Below are positions 29,010 to 35,763 of a DNA stretch of 45,657 nt, piece by piece. Origin of the DNA: an uncultured Candidatus Saccharibacteria bacterium (GTDB lineage: Bacteria > Patescibacteriota > Andersenbacteria > UBA10190 > CAIZMI01); assembly GCA_964630025.1 (NCBI GenBank), contig CAZVRG010000004.1:1-45657 (forward strand), given 5' to 3'. Position numbers and translations under genes: made by a program. The notes beneath the pieces were generated by a model. That model was not told the DNA's origin. It ran no database searches and worked only from the letters and a program-made list of their open reading frames with translations. How positions within the stretch are numbered: the first letter of the stretch is position 1; each line of letters starts with the position of its first letter.

Positions 29010-29555
29010 ATGGCCAAACAGATTCCCGCCACCGACAAAGCCTGGTATGTGTTGCACACGTATTCCGGGTACGAAGATAACGTTGCCCGCAACCTCCGGC
29101 AGCGTATTGAGTCCATGGGCATGGAAGACAAAATCTTCCAGGTGCTTGTGCCGCGGGAGAAAAAAATCAAGATTAAGGACGGCAAGCGGCGCGTGGTGGA
29201 AGAGCGACTCTTTCCAGGATATGTGCTGGTGGAGATGGTCGTCACGGACGATTCCTGGTATGTCGTCCGCAACACGCCAAACGTAACCGGATTTATCGGT
29301 TCGGGAACGATTCCCACACCGGTGTCGGAAGACGAAGTAAAGCGCCTCTTCGTGCGCATCGGCGAGGAAGAGCCGACGTACAAGATCGATATGAAGTCCG
29401 GGGACACAGTGAAGATTACCGATGGTCCGTTCAAAGACTTCGACGGCAGAATCGCGGAAGTAAACGAGGCAAAAGGCAAGATCAAAGTGCTGGTGAACAT
29501 GTTTGGTCGGGAGACGCCGATTGAGCTCGATTCTCTCCAGGCGAAAAAAGTCTAG
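29010..29555 (+). CDS. nusG: Transcription termination/antitermination factor NusG
   Basis: NGN domain WYVLHTYSGYEDNV and KOW motif GDTVKITDGPFKDFDGRIAEV. Confidence 0.95.
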   Translation: MAKQIPATDKAWYVLHTYSGYEDNVARNLRQRIESMGMEDKIFQVLVPREKKIKIKDGKRRVVEERLFPGYVLVEMVVTDDSWYVVRNTPNVTGFIGSGTIPTPVSEDEVKRLFVRIGEEEPTYKIDMKSGDTVKITDGPFKDFDGRIAEVNEAKGKIKVLVNMFGRETPIELDSLQAKKV

Positions 29556-29558
29556 GCT

Positions 29559-29735
29559 GCGACCGCAAAAACAAGCGCACTGTTGATGCACTGACAGGCC
29601 GGCAGAGCCGGACCTTTTCGTGCATCAACCCTTCAGACTCGCGCTTCGCTCCATTCCTCGCTCAACGGATCACCAATCCGTCTCGCTCGGTACTCGCTCC
29701 AGCGCTTCGCATTGCATCTTGTTTTTGCGGTCTCG
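29559..29735 (+). repeat. ~175-nt structured repeat, copy E2 (a partial extra copy extends to ~29810)
   Basis: Outer stem GCGACCGCAAAAACAAG/CTTGTTTTTGCGGTCTCGC. Stem 2 is GTTGATGCAC/GTGCATCAAC, capped by CCGGCAGAGCCGG. Stem 3 is ACGGAT/ATCCGT. It has the same conserved blocks as E1 and starts 4 nt after the nusG stop. Confidence 0.85.
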
Positions 29736-29877
29736 CGCGTGCTCCATTCGCTTTTAGCCCTCAGCTCTCCATCTACCTCATCACGATTCTGCAGTCTCGC
29801 GCGTGCGTTGTTTACTTTCAGTTATCAGCTTGGACTAGGATTTTGGCTTATGTAAGCAATTTTACTCCTATCGGCTA

Positions 29878-29906
29878 TTGACAAGTATCTCGAGAAGTGC
29901 TATGGT
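29878..29906 (+). promoter_or_regulatory. Canonical sigma70-type promoter
   Basis: TTGACA, a 17-nt spacer, then TATGGT. It lies ~50 nt upstream of ATG 29959, which has SD GAAGGAG. Confidence 0.65.
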
Positions 29907-29958
29907 GATCCCTTCTTTTTAAAGAAGACTGTTCCTTTTCACTACGAAGGAGTTTGTT

Positions 29959-30423
29959 ATGCGGACATTCAGTGTGGTTGTATGGGTGCTGACGTTCTGG
30001 TTCGTGAGCGTAAGCATATTCGTGTGGTTGAATGTTCAGAGGATACACCGAGAAGATGCGATGAAAATGGCGGAGCTGCGTCGCCTGGTGTATGAGAAGG
30101 ATCAGTTTTGGCAAGAGACGGACAAGCTGCTGAAAAATGCCGCAGCGTCTTCCCCGGCGGTGAGGCCGACAGTTTCAGCTCCCCCCCGTCCCATCGTCTC
30201 GGCCCATCGGTCTACACCGACGGCGCAAAAGACCTTTGCGCCAACGAGTACATACGTGCCTGTGTACGCTCCGGCTCCGGCGCCGATGGCGTTCCCGTGG
30301 CCAGGAGTTTCCGGCAGCCACGTCCGCTTCTCCGTCATTGTCATCGGCCCGAACGGATCGCGGTGGCGGGAAGGGCGGAAACTGGATCTAGTCCGACTGA
30401 TCCTTTCAACCCCTCTTCAGTAG
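29959..30423 (+). CDS. Hypothetical membrane-anchored, Pro/Ala-rich protein
   Basis: It has its own promoter, SD and terminator. An N-terminal TM (VVVWVLTFWFVSVSIFVWL) is followed by low-complexity AP-rich sequence. It interrupts the nusG-rplK adjacency. Confidence 0.6.
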   Translation: MRTFSVVVWVLTFWFVSVSIFVWLNVQRIHREDAMKMAELRRLVYEKDQFWQETDKLLKNAAASSPAVRPTVSAPPRPIVSAHRSTPTAQKTFAPTSTYVPVYAPAPAPMAFPWPGVSGSHVRFSVIVIGPNGSRWREGRKLDLVRLILSTPLQ

Positions 30424-30433
30424 TTCATTCCGA

Positions 30434-30471
30434 CCCCCGTAGAAACTTCGGTTTCTCGGGGGTTTTCTTTT
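30434..30471 (+). terminator. Rho-independent terminator with CCCCGTAGAAAC-type arms
   Basis: CCCCCGTAGAAAC-TTCG-GTTTCTCGGGGG followed by TTTTCTTTT. Confidence 0.9.
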
Positions 30472-30557
30472 GACCTTTTGCTTTTGTGAATATGCCGAGT
30501 GAACATGATCGTTGGTATCTCCCGTGGCGCACCGAAAACATGCACGGGCGTGAAATC

Positions 30558-30578
30558 GCTATCATGAATGATAGCACT
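30558..30578. promoter_or_regulatory. 21-nt palindromic site GCTATCATGAATGATAGCACT (copy a)
   Basis: 8-bp half-sites GCTATCAT/ATGATAGC. It is 20/21 identical to 35617-35637. Confidence 0.6.
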
Positions 30579-30648
30579 GCGAATGTTCGGTATGTTCAGC
30601 GGGATCACTTTCATACTGTGTTCTCTTTGGTGTATCACGTGCATGCTG

Positions 30649-30677
30649 TTGACGCTCCGCGCTTCGCGCTGTACGCT
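30649..30677 (+). promoter_or_regulatory. Putative promoter of rplK-rplA
   Basis: TTGACG, a 17-nt spacer, then TACGCT. The ATG lies 11 nt after the -10 box, implying a near-leaderless mRNA. Confidence 0.55.
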
Positions 30678-30688
30678 ACACGCTCGTT

Positions 30689-31111
30689 ATGGCAAAGGAA
30701 GTTCTTACGCAGGTAAAGCTGCAGATTCCCGGCGGGAAAGCGACGCCGGCGCCTCCCATTGGGCCGGCGCTGGGTCAGCATGGCGTGAACATACAAGACT
30801 TCTGCTCGAAGTTCAACGAGCAAACACGCGACAAGCAGGGCGAAGTGACGCCTGTAGTGCTGACAATTTATAAGGATCGCTCGTTCACCTTCATTTTCAA
30901 AACCCCGCCCGCAGCGGAGCTCTTGAAGAAAGCTGCGGGGGTTGAGAAAGGGTCCGGCACGCCAAACACCGCGAAAATCGGCACCGTCACGAAAGCACAG
31001 GTGCGCGAGATTGCGGAAAAGAAAATGGTGGACTTAAATGCCTCCGGTGTTGATGAGGCGATGCGGATTATCGAAGGCACCGCGCGGTCTATGGGGATTT
31101 CAGTTAAATAA
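30689..31111 (+). CDS. rplK: 50S ribosomal protein L11
   Basis: [26 protein letters not shown] and the full-length L11 pattern. Confidence 0.95.
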   Translation: MAKEVLTQVKLQIPGGKATPAPPIGPALGQHGVNIQDFCSKFNEQTRDKQGEVTPVVLTIYKDRSFTFIFKTPPAAELLKKAAGVEKGSGTPNTAKIGTVTKAQVREIAEKKMVDLNASGVDEAMRIIEGTARSMGISVK

Positions 31112-31112
31112 T

Positions 31113-31221
31113 CAAGCTCCAATAACCAAGCTCCAAACAATGTTCAAGCTCCAAGCTCCAAAACACTCCCGTTTTTTCATTGAGTATTGGAATTGTTTGG
31201 AATTTGGAATTTGAGATTTGG
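31113..31221. repeat. Heptamer-arm hairpin H5 (fills the rplK-rplA gap)
   Basis: The left arm is rich in AAGCTCC/CAAGCTC units and the right arm in GGAATTT/GAATTTG units. Pairing needs G.U pairs and a few mismatches. Confidence 0.75.
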
Positions 31222-31235
31222 TATTTTTTACGACT

Positions 31236-31913
31236 ATGCCTTCCAAACGCTACCAAGCCGCCAAAAAAGAACGTCCTACGGAAGCAAAATCCCTCCCGGA
31301 GGCCGTGAGCTTCGTGCATGCGCACGCAAAGGCGAAATTCGATGAAACGATCGAGCTGCACGCGCATCTCGGCGTCGACCCGAAAAAGAGCGACCAGTCC
31401 GTGCGTGGCACGCTTGTGTTTCCACACGGTGCCCCATCCAGCGTCCGTATCGCCGTCTTTACCGACGATCGTGAACTGCAGAAGTTGGCAAAAGAAGCTG
31501 GGGCGGATGTTGTCGGGGGCGAAGAACTGATTGCGAAGGTCAAGACCGAAGAAAAGCTCGACGCAGACGTTGCTGTGGCAACACCGGATTCCATGAAAGG
31601 TCTCGCAGCGGTTGCCAAGGTGCTTGGTCCCAAAGGGCTTATGCCGAATCCGAAAACGGGCACGATCGGTCCGGATCCTGCGAAGATTGTGAAAGAATTA
31701 AAGGGCGGGAAAACCGCATTTAAGATGGACGATTCCGGAAACGTACACCTTGCCGTCGGGAAAGCATCATGGGATGTCGAGAAACTCACGGCGAATACGA
31801 AGGCGGCGATTGATGCGCTCCGGCAATCCAAGCCGGCCGCTGCAAAAGGGGAGTTCCTGAAGTCCATGACGCTCACGTCCACCATGGGTGCGGGCGTACG
31901 GGTAAGAGTCTAA
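31236..31913 (+). CDS. rplA: 50S ribosomal protein L1
   Basis: KFDETIELHAHLGVDPKKSDQSVRGT and GPKGLMPNPKTGT. The start was set to ATG 31236. Confidence 0.95.
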   Translation: MPSKRYQAAKKERPTEAKSLPEAVSFVHAHAKAKFDETIELHAHLGVDPKKSDQSVRGTLVFPHGAPSSVRIAVFTDDRELQKLAKEAGADVVGGEELIAKVKTEEKLDADVAVATPDSMKGLAAVAKVLGPKGLMPNPKTGTIGPDPAKIVKELKGGKTAFKMDDSGNVHLAVGKASWDVEKLTANTKAAIDALRQSKPAAAKGEFLKSMTLTSTMGAGVRVRV

Positions 31914-31926
31914 AAAGTCAGCATAC

Positions 31927-31958
31927 AGAAAAAGAGCGGCTCCATGATATGGTGCCGC
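31927..31958 (-). terminator. Hairpin terminator oriented for the minus strand (may also serve rplA)
   Basis: On the minus strand, GCGGC-A-CCAT-ATC-ATGG-A-GCCGC is followed by TCTTTTTCTG. Confidence 0.6.
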
Positions 31959-32006
31959 CCTTAGTAATTGCGTACTTCCCAAATGATCGTGTTTCGACAA
32001 AGGACG

Positions 32007-32084
32007 TCATGAACGGAGCTTGTTGCCGAATGTTCCCTTCCTGTACAGCGCAAGCATCACCTGTTTATTCGGGACCTCGGACAT
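32007..32084 (-). CDS. Candidate 25-aa small ORF (MSEVPNKQVMLALYRKGTFGNKLRS)
   Basis: Not in the ORF track because it is too short. A strong SD GAGGAGGA lies 6 nt upstream of the ATG, and a terminator lies ~50 nt downstream. It sits in a lower-GC 320-nt gap. Confidence 0.35.
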   Translation of the reverse strand: MSEVPNKQVMLALYRKGTFGNKLRS

Positions 32085-32202
32085 TTCTTTCCTCCTCAAA
32101 AGTAGACAAATGAACAGACGAACAATACCCATGCGATAGTACGAGCCGAAATGCTTTGTGTCTAGAGCTTGGCTCACATCGCATAATCACTTGATCACCC
32201 GC

Positions 32203-32231
32203 TTGTCCTCAATAAGCACTCGCCGTACGCT
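32203..32231 (+). promoter_or_regulatory. Putative promoter of gatB
   Basis: TTGTCC, a 17-nt spacer, then TACGCT. The ATG lies 6 nt after the -10 box, implying a leaderless mRNA. Confidence 0.5.
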
Positions 32232-32237
32232 ACATCT

Positions 32238-33725
32238 ATGGAACTTGAAACCATCATCGGCCTGGAGATTCACGTCCATTTGAATACGAAATCGAAGCTG
32301 TTTTGCAGCTGCCGTAACGTGTCGGCGGCTGATCGACCGAATCAATACGTCTGTCCGGTCTGCATGGGATTCCCAGGGACGCTGCCCGTGACGAATGCGC
32401 AAGCGATTGAATGGACGGCGCTCGCCGGTCTGGCGCTTGGCTGTACCATTGCGAAGCACGCGACCTTTGCGCGGAAGAGCTATTTCTATCCCGATCTGCC
32501 GAAGGGATACCAAATCTCACAGTACGATGAGCCGCTCTGCATACACGGAGAAGCGCATGTGTTTGTGGGTGACACCGATCGCCACGTGCGTATTGAGCGC
32601 GTGCATCTGGAAGAAGATGCGGCAAAGAACGTACATACCAAGGATGCAACGCGTATTGATCACAACCGCGCAGGGACGCCGTTGATCGAAATCGTCACTG
32701 CGCCCGATCTGCGTAGTCCGCAGGAAGCAAAAATGTTTCTGGAAGAGCTGCAGCGCACCATGTGGTATCTCCGCATTTCAAACGCCGACATGGAAAACGG
32801 CGATCTTCGCGTGGACGCAAATATCTCCTTGCGCGAGCAGGGAGGAAAACTTTCGCCGAAGACGGAAATCAAAAACCTTAACTCTTTCCGCGCGGTCGAG
32901 CGTGCGCTCGCGTATGAAATTGAGCGCCAGCAAAAACTGTGGGAGGCAGGAACGCCGCCGACGACATCCAGCACGCGAGGATGGAATGATGAAAAAGGGC
33001 AGACGGTGGAGCAGCGCGTGAAAGAAGCGGAAGCGGATTACCGATACTTTCCCGAGCCGGATATTCCACCCCTTGTGTTGGAGCCTTCGTGGGTCGAGAA
33101 GCTTCGCATCGCACTTCCAGAACTTCCGCATGCGAAGGAAGAACGTTTCCGTCGCCAATATCAGATGGCGCCGGCGGACGCACGTTTGATCACGACGGAT
33201 CGTTCACTTGCCGACTTCGCAGAAAATGTCTTTTCCGAGATTGGGGAATGGGTTGCGGAACGGCCAGATGTCGAGCAGCGCGAAATTCCCCTCCTGGAGA
33301 AGCTCGCCACGAATTATCTGCTCGGAGATTTTCGACGGCTTCTTTCAGACGCAAAGGCAACTGTGGCCGATACAAAAGTCACACCCGAGAATTTCGCGGA
33401 ACTTGTCGTGATGCTGCATCGCGCTGAAGTAAATCGAAACGCCGTGCCGGATGTTCTGCGTCTCATGCACGGGACAGGCGGCGATCCTTCCACCATCGTG
33501 CAAGAGCGCGGCTTGCAGCAGGTATCGGATGCGGATGAACTGCGTCGTCTCGTGCAGAACGTCGCATTGAGTTTTCCGGCAGAAGTAGACAAGGTCCGCG
33601 GCGGGAAAGAACAAACACTGGAATTTCTTGTGGGACAAGTGATGGCGCAAACAAAGGGTCGCGCGAATCCCAAGACCGTGCGCGAGCTCTTCCGCGAAGA
33701 GTTAGGACTGTCAACGAGCGGGTAA
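32238..33725 (+). CDS. gatB: Asp/Glu-tRNA amidotransferase subunit B
   Basis: IGLEIHVHLNTKSKLFC, NQYVCPVCMGFPGTLP and RKSYFYPDLPKGYQISQ, plus a C-terminal GatB/YqeY domain. Confidence 0.95.
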   Translation: MELETIIGLEIHVHLNTKSKLFCSCRNVSAADRPNQYVCPVCMGFPGTLPVTNAQAIEWTALAGLALGCTIAKHATFARKSYFYPDLPKGYQISQYDEPLCIHGEAHVFVGDTDRHVRIERVHLEEDAAKNVHTKDATRIDHNRAGTPLIEIVTAPDLRSPQEAKMFLEELQRTMWYLRISNADMENGDLRVDANISLREQGGKLSPKTEIKNLNSFRAVERALAYEIERQQKLWEAGTPPTTSSTRGWNDEKGQTVEQRVKEAEADYRYFPEPDIPPLVLEPSWVEKLRIALPELPHAKEERFRRQYQMAPADARLITTDRSLADFAENVFSEIGEWVAERPDVEQREIPLLEKLATNYLLGDFRRLLSDAKATVADTKVTPENFAELVVMLHRAEVNRNAVPDVLRLMHGTGGDPSTIVQERGLQQVSDADELRRLVQNVALSFPAEVDKVRGGKEQTLEFLVGQVMAQTKGRANPKTVRELFREELGLSTSG

Positions 33726-34754
33726 GGGTTTCCCCAAGAATTCGGACATACAGTCGAGGGCCTCTGCGGGCGAGTCCACTCGAACAAGCTCGGGCTCCTT
33801 CGTGAGCCAGAGAAGCTGTCGACGGACATACTGGCGATGCGAGCGGAGCACTGCCTCTTTCGTCTCCTCAAGCGTGCCTTCGCCGCGGAGGTGTGAGAGC
33901 ACTTGCCGGTACCCGACAGATTGCAATCCGGGCGCGTCTGCGCCATAGGCGTTCACAAGTGCCTGCACTTCTTCAACAAACCCGCGGCGGAAGTATTCTT
34001 CGACACGACGCGCAAGGCGCTGTTCGAGTATCTCCGGAGGCGGAAGAAGCGCGAGTTTTAGAAAGCGGAAGGCAGTAGGCAACGGGGAAGAGGCAGTAGG
34101 GGCGAGGACGACGTCGCGTGCATCCCTACTCCCTACTGCCTGTTGCCTGTTCCCTCGAGCTCTCGCAATTTCCAGCGCCCGAATCACCCGCCGCGTATTC
34201 TTGAGATTGTCGATGCCAGTGAAAAGGTCTGGCGCGCGTGTTTCCAGTTCCTGAAGAAGATCCGCAAGCGGTTGTTGCTCCGCCCACGCACGGAATGCGG
34301 GATCCGGCGGCACGGAAGGCAGTGAGCGATGACCTGTGAGCACACGGACATAAAAACCCGTTCCTCCAACCACAATGGGAAGTTTTCCGCGCTTGTGGAT
34401 GTCGGCAATGATATGTTGCGCGTCCTCGCGAAATTCAGCAGCGGAATACCGCTGCGTTGGGAGAAGAATATCGATAAGATAGTGGGGAACATCCTCACAG
34501 AACAATGGTTCTGTTCGGAAACCTCGAAGCTTGAATGACGAATGACGAATGCGAGTAGTTTCGAAATTCGAAATTCGGAATTCGAATGTACACGGTTTAT
34601 CCGTTCCAATATCCATCCCGAGATAAATCTGTCGGGAATCAGCACTGATAATCTCTCCGTTGTATTTCTTCGCGAGTTCCAACGCGAGCGCGGATTTCCC
34701 CGCACCGGTGGGACCCATCAAGACGACCAATGGGAGGTGAGCTTGCGATGGCAT
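33711..34754 (-). CDS. miaA: tRNA dimethylallyltransferase MiaA carrying two in-frame hairpin-element insertions
   Basis: P-loop MGPTGAGKS, ADSRQIYLGMDIGTDKP, PIVVGGTGFY and GYRQV. The start was set to ATG 34754 because the longer ORF reads through hairpin H8. The 3' end overlaps gatB convergently by 15 nt. Confidence 0.9.
   Translation of the reverse strand: MPSQAHLPLVVLMGPTGAGKSALALELAKKYNGEIISADSRQIYLGMDIGTDKPCTFEFRISNFETTRIRHSSFKLRGFRTEPLFCEDVPHYLIDILLPTQRYSAAEFREDAQHIIADIHKRGKLPIVVGGTGFYVRVLTGHRSLPSVPPDPAFRAWAEQQPLADLLQELETRAPDLFTGIDNLKNTRRVIRALEIARARGNRQQAVGSRDARDVVLAPTASSPLPTAFRFLKLALLPPPEILEQRLARRVEEYFRRGFVEEVQALVNAYGADAPGLQSVGYRQVLSHLRGEGTLEETKEAVLRSHRQYVRRQLLWLTKEPELVRVDSPAEALDCMSEFLGKPLPAR
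34072..34155. repeat. Heptamer-arm hairpin H7 (inside the miaA CDS)
   Basis: Twelve consecutive heptads (84 nt = 28 codons): GGCAGTA GGCAACG GGGAAGA GGCAGTA GGGGCGA GGACGAC GTCGCGT GCATCCC TACTCCC TACTGCC TGTTGCC TGTTCCC. Confidence 0.85.
34533..34588. repeat. Heptamer-arm element H6 (inside the miaA CDS)
   Basis: GAATGAC GAATGAC GAATGCG AGTAGTT TCGAAAT TCGAAAT TCGGAAT TCGAATG. CGAAT/ATTCG blocks pair at 7-nt spacing, separated by 2-nt mismatches. Confidence 0.7.
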
Positions 34755-34787
34755 GACGTCACAGTGGCATGAGCAGGCGGCTTCCTC

Positions 34788-34914
34788 AAGAAGCTCCAAG
34801 CTCCAAATGCCAAGCTTCAAGTAATGCTCAATCCGGCAATACGTAAACGCGCCAGTCGCTTTGCGTATTGGACTTGGAACTTGTTTGGAGCTTGGTGCTT
34901 GAAACTTGGAGTTT
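34788..34914. repeat. Heptamer-arm hairpin H8 (divergent intergenic region upstream of miaA)
   Basis: Left arm AAGCTCC AAGCTCC AAATGCC AAGCTTC AAGTAAT..., core ACGTAAACGCGCCAGTCGCTTTGCGTA, right arm ...CTTGGAA CTTGTTT GGAGCTT GGTGCTT GAAACTT GGAGTTT. Confidence 0.8.
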
Positions 34915-34924
34915 GCGCGAATGG

Positions 34925-34975
34925 TACACCCCGTGAGAAGTGCCAATATGCCGTGCACTTCTAACGGGGTACACT
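34925..34975. repeat. CCCCGT-type inverted repeat, copy 4, ending in TACACT
   Basis: TACACCCCGTGAGAAGTGC-CAATATGCC-GTGCACTTCTAACGGGGTACACT. The ATG lies 6 nt after the -10-like TACACT. Confidence 0.8.
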
Positions 34976-34981
34976 ACCCCC

Positions 34982-35551
34982 ATGTTGCGTCAGACAACGC
35001 GCCTTCTGCGCTGGGTTCTCCTTCTCGCAATCTGCTGGAGCGCGCTCGTCTATGGTCTGCCGTTTGTGCGTCCGCTCATCCCACAGTATTGCCAGCAATG
35101 GAAATTACAAGGCGGCATCTGCGCCCAGAAAACACAAGACACGCTTGCGCGTGTACAGGAGTGGACAGATCGGAATTTGAAACCGTTGTCGCGCGATGCT
35201 CGTGTTCGTGCGTCGGTACAGCAAGCCCAGAGCGCATTTCAAAACTTTGAGGTTGTGCTGCGTCGCCAACTGGGTGATGCGCGCGTGGACGCCGCATTCC
35301 GTGGCGCGGATATCGCATTGCGCCGCCTGGAGGATCTGCTCGGCGAAGACGGCAACGTGGCGCAGGAAAAACTTGCCGCCGTTCCCGAGAATGCCCGCGA
35401 GCTTCTTCAGAAGGCGCGGGATACGTTTGATCGGTTACGCAACATTCTCGGCACGACCGGGCGTCGCGCGGAGGAGGTATCGGACGCCGTTGACGAAGCA
35501 AAGCAAGCGCTTGATGCGCTTTCCACCGTGCTTCCAGAAACAAAGAAGTAA
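34982..35551 (+). CDS. Hypothetical membrane-anchored helical (coiled-coil-like) protein
   Basis: An N-terminal TM (LLRWVLLLAICWSALVYG) is followed by charged, helical, low-complexity sequence. The start was chosen at ATG 34982, downstream of the promoter-like repeat. Confidence 0.55.
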   Translation: MLRQTTRLLRWVLLLAICWSALVYGLPFVRPLIPQYCQQWKLQGGICAQKTQDTLARVQEWTDRNLKPLSRDARVRASVQQAQSAFQNFEVVLRRQLGDARVDAAFRGADIALRRLEDLLGEDGNVAQEKLAAVPENARELLQKARDTFDRLRNILGTTGRRAEEVSDAVDEAKQALDALSTVLPETKK

Positions 35552-35616
35552 TCACCCGATCGTATCGGTGTTTGGCATTGGAAGATACCCCGCGAGTTTT
35601 ATCTGATCGCTAGAAT

Positions 35617-35637
35617 GCTATCATGTATGATAGCACT
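35617..35637. promoter_or_regulatory. 21-nt palindromic site GCTATCATGTATGATAGCACT (copy b)
   Basis: Near-identical to 30558-30578 and preceded by TAGAAT. Confidence 0.6.
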
Positions 35638-35763
35638 TTCACACATAGAAAAAGACTCTTCCGTCGGTTTCTGGGAGAAAAATTCTCTTTTCCGATGTGT
35701 GCAACTTTAACTTCCGAAGTTGAACGTACACACTCAACTTCAAATACTGCATATGAGAAGCAT

